DNA from: a virus
IMG/VR virus record: IMGVR_UViG_3300000271_000006
Span: 1 to 64,000 of that record
Length of the DNA stretch: 64,000 bases
Reading direction: 5' to 3' (one strand)
In this document: positions 1 to 6,537 of the stretch, one piece after another
Layout: each line of letters starts with the position of its first letter
How positions within the stretch are numbered: the first letter of the stretch is position 1
Made by a program: the position numbers and the translations under genes
The notes under the pieces: model-generated
Databases searched by the model: none
What the model was told of the DNA's origin: nothing
What the model saw: only the letters and a program-made list of their open reading frames with translations

Positions 1-480
1 GTGGAGTTCCAGCCCCTTGACCCCCTTGGCAATCAGGAGGTCAACGGCCTTGTTTGTGGCGGCGCCCGCCGTGGCTCCGTGGATTTGGGAGGGACGCGAA
101 GCGGAATGGCTGGCCGGCGCTGCGGCTTGGGCAGGCGGAGGAGTCGTTCCCTTGGATTGGTGGTAGACCTCCACGAACTGGAACTGGCCAGACTTGTTGA
201 CGTGAAGCTCTTGGGTTGTCTTCCCGTTGTACTCGTTCAACTTGGTGAACAAGCCCTGCCCGGCGGCATTCGCGTGAATGACAACGGTCTTCCCCTCCAT
301 CTTGGAAATGTCGGAGTGCTTCCAGACCACCAGCTTGATTTCGCCCGATGGGTCGGCAACAATCGCATTCTGGGGGGCACTAGGGTTGTCCTTCTTGGGA
401 TAGACCTTTTTGAGGGTCACGGAAACCTCGTCAACCGGAGATTCGGGCGGGAGGTTTTTTACATCACTGAGTTTCATCAT
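1..480 (-). CDS. OB-fold-like protein, possible ssDNA-binding protein (partial, runs off window start)
   Basis: Own translation of the minus strand from ATG 480 gives MMKLSDVKNLPPESPVDEVSVTLKKVYPKKDNPSAPQNAIVADPSGEIKLVVWKHSDISKMEGKTVVIHANAAGQGLFTKLNEYNGK..., open to nt 1. It is absent from the ORF track because there is no in-window stop. ATGA overlap with the stop of ORF 477..962. Function is guessed from the beta-rich N-domain plus Pro/Ala linker. Confidence 0.4.
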   Translation of the reverse strand, partial: MMKLSDVKNLPPESPVDEVSVTLKKVYPKKDNPSAPQNAIVADPSGEIKLVVWKHSDISKMEGKTVVIHANAAGQGLFTKLNEYNGKTTQELHVNKSGQFQFVEVYHQSKGTTPPPAQAAAPASHSASRPSQIHGATAGAATNKAVDLLIAKGVKGLELH

Positions 481-962
481 GTTGTTTTTGTTTCAGGTTC
501 AGGACTGAAATACTGGATCATACTCATGCTCCGCAAGCCCAAATGTCCAAGCAACGCCTTCTTTGGCTGTTTTTGTGGTCGGGGGCACGCGCAGGTGTTC
601 GTCCTTGGTCGCGATGCCGTAGCTCCGCCCCATTGGGCCGGTGCCTTGGCCGTTGAGTGCGCCGAACTTTCGGAGCGCCACGAGCGCAGCCCCCTTGCCG
701 CGTCGCCCAGCGGCTTTTCGATTGCACCGAACATGAAGACGATCGCATTGAGCGCCTGGGCCTGTGTCTTCGCCGCAACCCGAGGCGCCATGTCCTCGAG
801 CCAGGCGCGCACCCGTTCCTCGTTGGTCGAGTCGCGGTGGTTGCGCGCAACGAAGTCAATGAAGTCACGGGCGCGGGAGCAATATACAAGCTCCGTGTTG
901 TAGCTGAGGTGGCGGGTGCGGCAGACCGCCTGCATTCGGTTGATGATTTCTGACTTTGTCAT
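477..962 (-). CDS. Tyrosine-recombinase N-terminal SAM-like domain protein (IntI/XerD-type N-domain only, no catalytic domain)
   Basis: ORF track 477..992. ATG at 962 gives MTKSEIINRMQAVCRTRHLSYNTELVYCSRARDFIDFVARNHRDSTNEERVRAWLEDMAPRVAAKTQAQALNAIVFMFGAIEKPLGD, which fits the YS.RTE..Y..W...FI.F...E.V..FL..L...V...T..QAL.AL.F.Y pattern of integron-integrase/Xer N-domains. The remaining ~75 aa are low complexity, and no catalytic R..HxxR..Y region appears in any frame downstream. Confidence 0.5.
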   Translation of the reverse strand: MTKSEIINRMQAVCRTRHLSYNTELVYCSRARDFIDFVARNHRDSTNEERVRAWLEDMAPRVAAKTQAQALNAIVFMFGAIEKPLGDAARGLRSWRSESSAHSTAKAPAQWGGATASRPRTNTCACPRPQKQPKKALLGHLGLRSMSMIQYFSPEPETKTT

Positions 963-988
963 GATATAGGGGAAAATCGGCAGGATAA

Positions 989-1336
989 TCACTGGTTAGC
1001 CTTGGCGTGCGTGAGTCGGATAAAGACGATGCTCCCGGCCCCCTCGCCGATGTCCCACTCGTAGTGCCACGGCTCCCACGCTGCGTGCCACCAGTTGCCC
1101 TTGTCGGCCACATCCGCGACGAAGTCCGCGAGCTGATCATCTGGGGCATCACTGAGTCCGTGTAGCCACTGCGCCTCGGCCCAGAATCGTGCGACCTCGT
1201 CGCCCTTGATTTGCTCCGTCTTGTAGGACTCGCTGTCCGCGACGACAGCCAGGAGATCTAAACCGGCTAACCATGCGTCCACAGCCAACGCCGGGGATTG
1301 TCCGGCCGGCGATTGAGTTTCACTTTTCATCTCCAT
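989..1336 (-). CDS. hypothetical protein (accessory cassette ORF)
   Basis: ORF track, 115 aa. The ATG lies in the loop of structured repeat 1265..1395. The N-terminus MEMKSETQSPAGQSPALAVDAWLAG follows the leader pattern imposed by the repeat. Confidence 0.55.
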   Translation of the reverse strand: MEMKSETQSPAGQSPALAVDAWLAGLDLLAVVADSESYKTEQIKGDEVARFWAEAQWLHGLSDAPDDQLADFVADVADKGNWWHAAWEPWHYEWDIGEGAGSIVFIRLTHAKANQ

Positions 1337-1395
1337 AGAGTGCTGTCTTGAGGTTATTGGTTTTCGCCCGGCGTCGGCTGATACGCGGTGTTCTG
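1265..1395 (-). repeat. attC-like structured inverted repeat (copy 1)
   Basis: Gene-sense reading: CAGAAC-n9-CAGCCGACGCCGGG-[loop with ATG 1336]-CCCGGCGTTGGCTG-n10-GTTAGCC. 14-bp stem including one G.T. Confidence 0.65.
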
Positions 1396-1962
1396 CTGAT
1401 CGAGTTTCGCGAGGATCTGGCGCCCGAGAGCGTGCAGGTCGCTGAAGTATTTTTCGGAGTTGCGCCGCTCGTATTCGCGCTCAAAGACACGGCCGGACCA
1501 CTCTTCCCATCCGCGCGCAGAAATCACTTCGGACATCGCGCGGCAGTCGTCGTCGCTCGCCGGGTCGAACCCGTGTTCGGTGAAGTGGTCCACCTCGGCC
1601 TCGCACCCGTAGTTTGTGAGCGTGTTCGACAGCAGTTTTCCGCAGCCCTCGCAGAACGGCGTAGAGTCGCCCTCGTTACCCCAGCCCCCATCGACCAGCC
1701 ACTCGCCTTCGGGATCGGCCTGCTTGAGCTTCGCGATTTCCTTTTCCGCGCACTCGTAGCAGTAGCTTGTGCTCTCGTCGTGATCGCGATTGCTGCCGCA
1801 TATCCAGTGCTCCGGCGCAGCGGGCACGCGGGCCGCGCCTGCATCGAAGAGTTGCACCAGTCGTGCACGTTCGGCCTCAGACAACGGAGGCAGAACCAAG
1901 TGCCCAGAGCCAACAGGCACCGGCTGTCCGTTTTCGAGATTCATTTCAGTAGAGGAGATCAT
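1354..1962 (-). CDS. Cys-rich hypothetical protein (accessory cassette ORF)
   Basis: ORF track, 202 aa, with CYEC and CEGC pairs. ATGA overlap with 1959..2354. An alternative ATG at 1944 (MNLENG) lies inside the loop of repeat 1891..2004. Confidence 0.6.
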   Translation of the reverse strand: MISSTEMNLENGQPVPVGSGHLVLPPLSEAERARLVQLFDAGAARVPAAPEHWICGSNRDHDESTSYCYECAEKEIAKLKQADPEGEWLVDGGWGNEGDSTPFCEGCGKLLSNTLTNYGCEAEVDHFTEHGFDPASDDDCRAMSEVISARGWEEWSGRVFEREYERRNSEKYFSDLHALGRQILAKLDQQNTAYQPTPGENQ

Positions 1963-2004
1963 TGGATTTTCTGCGGTGCCTGCGGCTCATGCACGGCGTT
2001 CGGG
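1891..2004 (-). repeat. attC-like structured inverted repeat (copy 2)
   Basis: CCGAAC-n9-GAGCCGCAGGCACCG-[loop with ATG 1962/1944]-CGGTGCCTGTTGGCTC-n9-GGTTCTG. 5+9 bp stem. Confidence 0.7.
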
Positions 2005-2354
2005 CAAGAGGGCTCGACCATCTCGCAGGCGACCGCGAGGAGCACGACGGGCGAGTGGCCGTCATCGCTCATCTCCTTTGCCACGGGCAGCACGGTTTTG
2101 AGCACGTTATCAGAGCCCTCGTCTTCCATCAGCGCCTCGATTGCCGGGCGGATTTCACAGACCTTATCAGGCCATTTGTCGCCAAGCAGGCGCTTCACGC
2201 CGTCGCGCGTTTCAATGAGTTTCTCGGAGACACGGAGTGCCCGAACCAGTCCGCCAAAGCCAATTCCGGCCCGCGTGCCCGCGTCCGGCTGCTGCGTGTC
2301 ATGTCCCATATCAGTGTCCTTTCGTTTGGTTGTGATGGGCCGGAATCGGCTCAT
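1959..2354 (-). CDS. hypothetical protein (accessory cassette ORF)
   Basis: ORF track, 131 aa. The ATG at 2354 is part of the conserved GATGAGCC of repeat 2240..2368. An alternative ATG at 2309 (MGHDTQQ) lies in the repeat loop and may be the true start. Confidence 0.5.
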   Translation of the reverse strand: MSRFRPITTKRKDTDMGHDTQQPDAGTRAGIGFGGLVRALRVSEKLIETRDGVKRLLGDKWPDKVCEIRPAIEALMEDEGSDNVLKTVLPVAKEMSDDGHSPVVLLAVACEMVEPSCPNAVHEPQAPQKIQ

Positions 2355-2368
2355 CGGAATTGTTAGGC
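2240..2368 (-). repeat. attC-like structured inverted repeat (copy 3)
   Basis: GCCTAAC (its TAA is the stop of 2363..2692)-AATTCCGAT-GAGCCGATTCCGGCCC-[loop]-GGGCCGGAATTGGCTT-n9-GGTTCGGG. ~15 bp stem. Confidence 0.7.
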
Positions 2369-2692
2369 GCCGGACTCGCGGTTTGGGTCGTCGAGTCTTT
2401 TACGCAGCTCCAAAAGGGCGAAGCGGAGTTGGTTAGCCATGTATTCAGCCGCCGGGTTTTCTCCGTGCATCACCTCTACATCGCGGCTCATCTGCTCAAA
2501 GCGCAGCCACGTTTCTTCGAGGCGCTTGCGATAGCTCTCGGCGATCTTCTCCCAGTCCACAAATGCAGGCGGAACCGGGATGCGAGTCACCATCCCGCAG
2601 TGATAGCAGTCCATGTTTACGATCTGCATGGAGACCTTGGGCACGGTCGGAATAGCCGAGAGTGGATTATCGAATTTGTCGTAGTGTTGCAT
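2363..2692 (-). CDS. hypothetical protein (accessory cassette ORF)
   Basis: ORF track, 109 aa. Its TAA stop lies inside the GCCTAAC box of repeat 2240..2368. Confidence 0.6.
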   Translation of the reverse strand: MQHYDKFDNPLSAIPTVPKVSMQIVNMDCYHCGMVTRIPVPPAFVDWEKIAESYRKRLEETWLRFEQMSRDVEVMHGENPAAEYMANQLRFALLELRKRLDDPNRESGA

Positions 2693-2705
2693 CGTTAAAA
2701 TCGGA

Positions 2706-2773
2706 GCCTAACCAGCGATTACACACAACCTCCGGAGCTTCGCTCCTCCGGTGTGTGACCCGCGGTGTTAGCC
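2706..2773 (-). repeat. attC-like structured inverted repeat (copy 4, short loop)
   Basis: GGCTAAC (its TAA is the stop of 2768..2974)-n9-CACACACCGGAGGAGC-gaa-GCTCCGGAGGTTGTGTG-n9-GTTAGGC. Confidence 0.7.
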
Positions 2774-2974
2774 AAGACCGCGCTTTCGCATCTCTTGGCG
2801 AATCATATATTCGCGGGCTTTCGCTTCACTACCAGAGCATCCCCGCGCAAAGCGTAGAGCGTTTCTCAGGTGCTTCTCCGTGTGCTGCGAATACATATCG
2901 GGCTCGTCCCGAATGGACCGGGCTGCGTCTCGGTCGCGCCAGTCGGCACGTTTATCGTATCGGAATGCGGGCAT
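2768..2974 (-). CDS. hypothetical protein
   Basis: ORF track, 68 aa. The ATG is 7 nt after the GTTAGCC box of repeat 2982..3069, and the TAA stop lies inside the GGCTAAC box of repeat 2706..2773. Confidence 0.5.
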   Translation of the reverse strand: MPAFRYDKRADWRDRDAARSIRDEPDMYSQHTEKHLRNALRFARGCSGSEAKAREYMIRQEMRKRGLG

Positions 2975-2981
2975 AAAAAGA

Positions 2982-3069
2982 GGCTAACAAGTAGATGGAG
3001 CCAAGCCGGATACCTGTCACGGCGAGCGAGAACCGCCGTCCTCCGGCTGGTTCATTATGGTGTTTCGCC
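2982..3069 (-). repeat. attC-like structured inverted repeat (copy 5)
   Basis: GGCGAAAC..-GAACCAGCCGGA-[loop]-TCCGGCTTGGCTC-CATCTACTT-GTTAGCC. One mismatch plus one bulge. It ends 7 nt before ATG 2974. Confidence 0.55.
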
Positions 3070-3159
3070 ATCCAACCAAGCAACAACTTGGTAGACGAGT
3101 ACGAGAAAGAGGAAAACGCAAACAAAGGCAGCGGTCTCAAAGGCTTCAATTGGTTTCAT
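3055..3159 (-). CDS. 34-aa single-pass membrane micro-protein
   Basis: Own translation: MKPIEAFETAAFVCVFLFLVLVYQVVAWLDGETP. ATGA overlap with the upstream 58-aa ORF. Below the ORF-track size cut-off. Confidence 0.4.
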   Translation of the reverse strand: MKPIEAFETAAFVCVFLFLVLVYQVVAWLDGETP

Positions 3160-3332
3160 GGCTTGGTATGGTTTGCGGCAAAGCCCGCGAGCTTGTCAAT
3201 TTGTTTCTTGGTGAGGACAACGGAGCAGTATTCTCCGGTTGGGCGCGAAACGGTCAAAAGGAACTCTCCCCTGCCTGCTGGCGCGGCTTCTAGGGCCGAT
3301 TCCTTGCCTTTTAAGACAATTATGTCAGTCAT
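3156..3332 (-). CDS. hypothetical protein (58 aa)
   Basis: Own translation: MTDIIVLKGKESALEAAPAGRGEFLLTVSRPTGEYCSVVLTKKQIDKLAGFAANHTKP. Overlaps neighbours at both ends (coupled operon). Confidence 0.45.
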   Translation of the reverse strand: MTDIIVLKGKESALEAAPAGRGEFLLTVSRPTGEYCSVVLTKKQIDKLAGFAANHTKP

Positions 3333-3546
3333 GGGGGTTAGTCCTTACCCTTCGCTTCCGGCCTTCAGTAAAAGCCTCTTCTTGGGCCGCGTCAAGGCGG
3401 TTCCGATCGAGGGCAGAAGGCTTTTTCTCACTACCCGCGAGCAGCAATGCCTCGATCTCGGCTTCTGAGCGGTCGGGCGGGGCTTGGTTCATGCGGACAA
3501 CGGCAGCGTAATCCAGTTGAGATATTTCGACCCGACCTTTCGGCAT
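3325..3546 (-). CDS. hypothetical protein
   Basis: ORF track 3325..3600. Internal ATG 3546 (MPKGRVEISQLDY...) preferred because it reduces the overlap with 3489..3689. Start uncertain. Confidence 0.45.
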   Translation of the reverse strand: MPKGRVEISQLDYAAVVRMNQAPPDRSEAEIEALLLAGSEKKPSALDRNRLDAAQEEAFTEGRKRRVRTNPHD

Positions 3547-3689
3547 CCATGGTCGTTTGCTACGTCCTCGGGGATTCGCGCGAGGGTTTCGGCGTTCCAT
3601 ATCTTGTCGAGCAAATCTGAAACGAGTCGGGATTCAGATGCGGTTTCAGACTGGAGGCGAATACGGTCAGCTTCGATTTTTATTTTCAT
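3489..3689 (-). CDS. hypothetical protein
   Basis: ORF track 3489..3818. ATG 3689 (MKIKIEADRIRLQ...) makes an ATGA overlap with 3686..3877. It overlaps the next ORF by ~57 nt, so one of the two calls may be wrong. Confidence 0.4.
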   Translation of the reverse strand: MKIKIEADRIRLQSETASESRLVSDLLDKIWNAETLARIPEDVANDHGCRKVGSKYLNWITLPLSA

Positions 3690-3877
3690 GCGGTTGCCTT
3701 TGCGGTTGCGAGTCCTAGGCCAACGTAAGGACGGCTTGACTTGGGGCCTTGGATTGCGCGAACCATTATGCCCGCATGGCGCATGGTCAAGACTAGTTTT
3801 TCCTGAACTAACCAGCAAGCCCTTTCATAGTTGGTTAGCTTGCTCCAGTTGGCCGGTAGTTTGGCTGGGTCGATCAT
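3686..3877 (-). CDS. hypothetical protein
   Basis: ORF track, 63 aa; coupled to the downstream ORF. Confidence 0.5.
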   Translation of the reverse strand: MIDPAKLPANWSKLTNYERACWLVQEKLVLTMRHAGIMVRAIQGPKSSRPYVGLGLATAKATA

Positions 3878-3880
3878 GGG

Positions 3881-4078
3881 TTAGGTTGAAATAAAGCGGT
3901 ATCTGCCTTTTTTGCGATCCCAAGCAACGCCAACGTAGGCCTTTTGTTGACCTTCCTTCATGCGCGAGATGGTTCCGTCTTCGTTGAATAGAGGCGGAGG
4001 GTTTCCGACAAAGAACCGCTCGACAACCTTCCCTAACGCGGGAAGGGTCGGGGCTGTTGCGAGAACTAGGGCTTTCAT
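3881..4078 (-). CDS. hypothetical protein
   Basis: ORF track, 65 aa (MKALVLATAPTLPALGKVVERFF...). Confidence 0.55.
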   Translation of the reverse strand: MKALVLATAPTLPALGKVVERFFVGNPPPLFNEDGTISRMKEGQQKAYVGVAWDRKKGRYRFIST

Positions 4079-4088
4079 TGTGATGCGT

Positions 4089-4238
4089 CTATGGCTTTTT
4101 GATGGGCTTGGGTTGGATTGCGAGCTTGCTTTCTAGCTCGCGAATGCGAGCTAGGGCAAAGAAGTAGTTTTCTTGGATTAAGGTTAGTTGGGCCTAAAGG
4201 TCGGCAATGACTAGGGCTTGGCGTTCGGTTGGGGTCAT
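4089..4238 (-). pseudogene. 49-codon coiled-coil-like ORF interrupted by an in-frame TAG (4194..4196)
   Basis: Own translation: MTPTERQALVIADL-TAG-AQLTLIQENYFFALARIRELESKLAIQPKPIKKP-TAG. There is no alternative start after the TAG, and the ORF fills an otherwise unexplained 150-nt gap in a packed operon. Confidence 0.4.
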
Positions 4239-4240
4239 GA

Positions 4241-4480
4241 CTATGCTTTGTTATGCGCGAGCCATGCAGGATCGGAAGTTGTGGCGGAAGGGTCTGAGTC
4301 CTGCCCGAAAGAGTAGCCGGCGCAGTAAGCCTCATCCCAGCCAGGCAATGGAGTGCCGTTAGCGTCTCTGTGCGCGGGTAGGGCCGTGGAAAGCCTCCGG
4401 TCGATGCCCTTGGCTTTATTGAGGCGTCCGTCATGGTATCCCCAGTTGAAGCGGACCCTCTCAGGGAATTTCGGTGTCAT
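4241..4480 (-). CDS. hypothetical protein
   Basis: ORF track 4241..4630. ATG 4480 (MTPKFPERVRFNWGYHDG...) makes an ATGA overlap with the upstream micro-ORF. Confidence 0.55.
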   Translation of the reverse strand: MTPKFPERVRFNWGYHDGRLNKAKGIDRRLSTALPAHRDANGTPLPGWDEAYCAGYSFGQDSDPSATTSDPAWLAHNKA

Positions 4481-4608
4481 GACGCAACCTCCTTTACGAG
4501 TAGGGCGAGGCCTGCGGCAAAGGCAAGGCCAAGAATTGGGCTGACAAGCCACGCGAGGCAGACCCATGCAAGGCCAAGGATTGCGAGGGGAAAGAGGAAA
4601 TCGTTCAT
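4477..4608 (-). CDS. 43-aa hydrophobic membrane micro-protein
   Basis: Own translation: MNDFLFPLAILGLAWVCLAWLVSPILGLAFAAGLALLVKEVAS. ATGA overlaps at both ends. Confidence 0.45.
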   Translation of the reverse strand: MNDFLFPLAILGLAWVCLAWLVSPILGLAFAAGLALLVKEVAS

Positions 4609-4907
4609 GGCTGGCCTTCCGCTTTGGCAATGGCTTCGGTGAGGTCGCGAAGCACTACCTCGGCCGCGATGGTTCCGCTTTGCAGCCCCTCGGCGCGCAG
4701 TCGAAGCAGCAGGGCCTCGACCGCCTCAACCGAGTTTTGACAAGCCGTCAGTAAATCCGGCGCGGATGAAAACAAGGCAGCATTGCGGTTTGCGGCCCCC
4801 TCCGTAGGGAAGTAGCACTCGACTACTCCGTTGTTTGCAAGGCATGAGTGCATTTCCCTGCCTTCGCTTTCGTTTGCATAACTACGAGATGCGAGTAAGT
4901 GCTTCAT
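4605..4907 (-). CDS. hypothetical protein (APDLL-motif family)
   Basis: ORF track, 100 aa. Contains ...NAALFSSAPDLLTACQNSVEAVEALL..., a pattern shared with 6080..6397. Confidence 0.6.
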   Translation of the reverse strand: MKHLLASRSYANESEGREMHSCLANNGVVECYFPTEGAANRNAALFSSAPDLLTACQNSVEAVEALLLRLRAEGLQSGTIAAEVVLRDLTEAIAKAEGQP

Positions 4908-5005
4908 TTGGTTTCGGTGTCAATGGTTTCTGAGTTGTGGCCCAGGACTAGAACGGCAAAAGCCGCGCAAGCCATGCACCAGAGGAAAAGGAGGGCGTTT
5001 TTCAT
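4904..5005 (-). CDS. 33-aa signal/anchor-like micro-protein
   Basis: Own translation: MKNALLFLWCMACAAFAVLVLGHNSETIDTETK. ATGA overlap with 4605..4907. Confidence 0.4.
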   Translation of the reverse strand: MKNALLFLWCMACAAFAVLVLGHNSETIDTETK

Positions 5006-5011
5006 GGAAGG

Positions 5012-5200
5012 TTACTTCGTGTCGCAGTAGGCTTGGAAGGAGACTTTGCCCTTGAGGTAGAGGGCGGCGGCATGGGCCTTGGTGAGTGAAAATCCGTAGT
5101 CCTCTTGAGCGGACTGCATGAGCCTCCAGAATGGCGCGCGCTTGGCCGCTTTTTTGGCGTCCTTGAGGTTCCCGTTGATGAGGTCGCGAATGGCTTTCAT
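5012..5200 (-). CDS. hypothetical protein
   Basis: ORF track 5012..5371. ATG 5200 (MKAIRDLINGNLKDAKKAAKR...) preferred, because the upstream part is Pro/Ala/Thr low complexity. Confidence 0.5.
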   Translation of the reverse strand: MKAIRDLINGNLKDAKKAAKRAPFWRLMQSAQEDYGFSLTKAHAAALYLKGKVSFQAYCDTK

Positions 5201-5219
5201 GGCTGCATGGGGTTGGGGG

Positions 5220-5642
5220 TTAAAAGCAAACGGCAATGCCGCGGTTGTAGAAGCGGCCAATGGGCTCGCCGGCCGGGATGTCGGATTTGCGCCCAAGGTA
5301 GAGCGCGCAACCCCTGGGGTCGGTCTGCACGTAGGCCCAAAGGTCGGGGAATCCGGCCATGATGGCAGCAAGGCGCCTCTTGGCTCCGGCTTCCTTGTCG
5401 GGAATGGGCCTGCGATAGCTTTTGCCCGTATGGGGATGGGTCACGAGGTAGGGCTTGCCCGTTGCTTCGTCGCGTTCAATCGACCATGAAGCGTAGTCGT
5501 TCCCATCCCCGCATTCCAGTTCATGCCAGCGATGCAGAGCCATTTCAATCCTGCGAAGTCGCTGGGCCGTCGAGTAGTCAATTCCGAGCCGTTCCATCGC
5601 GGAAAAAAAGCGGATGGCGTTTTGTGTGCGTGAGTTGCTCAT
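5220..5642 (-). CDS. hypothetical protein
   Basis: ORF track, 140 aa, protein-like composition (…LHRWHELECGDGNDYASWSIERDEATGKPYLV…). Confidence 0.65.
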   Translation of the reverse strand: MSNSRTQNAIRFFSAMERLGIDYSTAQRLRRIEMALHRWHELECGDGNDYASWSIERDEATGKPYLVTHPHTGKSYRRPIPDKEAGAKRRLAAIMAGFPDLWAYVQTDPRGCALYLGRKSDIPAGEPIGRFYNRGIAVCF

Positions 5643-5687
5643 AGTAAAAGCCGTTTAACGTCTGGCGCCGACGATTTGGTTTTGGGT

Positions 5688-5801
5688 TTACTGACTGAGA
5701 GAGCGTCGCAGAAGGCTGGCGAGAGCCTCTGCGAGTCTGGGGAAACCGTTGGCTTGCGCGGACTGAATGGCAAGCGCAATGCGTAGCTGGTCGGAGGTCA
5801 T
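5688..5801 (-). CDS. hypothetical micro-protein (37 aa)
   Basis: Own translation: MTSDQLRIALAIQSAQANGFPRLAEALASLLRRSLSQ. It fills the gap between 5811..6074 and 5220..5642. Confidence 0.3.
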   Translation of the reverse strand: MTSDQLRIALAIQSAQANGFPRLAEALASLLRRSLSQ

Positions 5802-5810
5802 TAGGGGAGA

Positions 5811-6074
5811 TTATGCGCTGCGGCCATAGAGGCGAACCATTGCCTGCTTCCATTCGTCCGCAAATGCTGCGCAGCGTTCGGTTGCGGCAAACCGGGTCAG
5901 CTCTCCGCCCTCAAAGTCTGCGATGGCGTAGGCTTTCCCGTCAATCGCGCAAACCAGCTGGCACTGAATCCAGCGCTCACCATCCGCAGTCGTGAAGTCT
6001 CCGCCCTTATGGGATAGGAAACCCGTATCCCGGAAAGGAAGGGCATCGGCAAGATAGGAGTGATTTTCATTCAT
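5811..6074 (-). CDS. hypothetical protein
   Basis: ORF track, 87 aa. Confidence 0.6.
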   Translation of the reverse strand: MNENHSYLADALPFRDTGFLSHKGGDFTTADGERWIQCQLVCAIDGKAYAIADFEGGELTRFAATERCAAFADEWKQAMVRLYGRSA

Positions 6075-6079
6075 GGGCG

Positions 6080-6397
6080 TTAAGCGTTAAGGGTTGGGTT
6101 GGTTGCGCCGAGCTTGGCCAGCGTTGCTCTTGCCTGCATGATGGCAGAAAGGAGTTCGGTTGCAATGGGATGGCGGGAAGTCTTTTCGTATGCTGCGTCA
6201 ATGGCCTGAAGGGCCTGTAGTAGGTCGGGGGATGCCAGCAGCAAATTGCCGTTGTTTTCGTTTTCGCCCTCAACGGCTGCGTGATGCTGAACTTGCTTGG
6301 CGATTACGAATCCCGAGCAATCGGAAATTTTCCAGCCATCGGTAAGGGATACGTCTTTCCGCCAAGGAAGAAATGAGGGGAGCGTGAGCGGTTTCAT
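6080..6397 (-). CDS. hypothetical protein (APDLL-motif family), first gene of an early-left sub-operon
   Basis: ORF track, 105 aa. Contains ...NLLLASPDLLQALQAIDAAYE.... It is preceded by the ORF-free regulatory region. Confidence 0.6.
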   Translation of the reverse strand: MKPLTLPSFLPWRKDVSLTDGWKISDCSGFVIAKQVQHHAAVEGENENNGNLLLASPDLLQALQAIDAAYEKTSRHPIATELLSAIMQARATLAKLGATNPTLNA

Positions 6398-6509
6398 GGG
6401 AATGAGTCGGTTTGAGTCGGTTTTTCGGCCGCATCAGTGCCGCCGATGAAAGGACCGTGCGCAATTTCCCGCATCCCGGCAAGCATTTCTCCAAAAAAAG
6501 ATTCACAGA

Positions 6510-6537
6510 CTACGCAAACCTACGCATTGGCAACGCA
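6510..6537. promoter_or_regulatory. three phased direct repeats (C)TACGCA, operator/iteron-like
   Basis: CTACGCAaacCTACGCAttggcAACGCA, with 10-12 bp periodicity, ~115-140 nt upstream of the ATG 6397 operon. A tandem TGAGTCGGTT x2 also lies at 6403..6420. Confidence 0.3.

Noticed and set aside
499-681. 60-aa ORF (…GQGTGPMGRSYGIATKDEHL…) overlapping the tail of the integrase-N-domain ORF in another frame
   Set aside because: The motif is faintly reminiscent of a nucleotide-binding loop, but I cannot place it in a family. It has no independent start context. I keep it only as a hint that the 3' part of 477..962 may be a frameshifted or composite remnant.
1-903. 300-aa plus-strand ORF at the window start, and 1348..2436 (362 aa)
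   Set aside because: Both are antisense to a series of coupled minus-strand genes. They have Arg/Gly/Leu-rich composition and cross several minus-strand gene boundaries.
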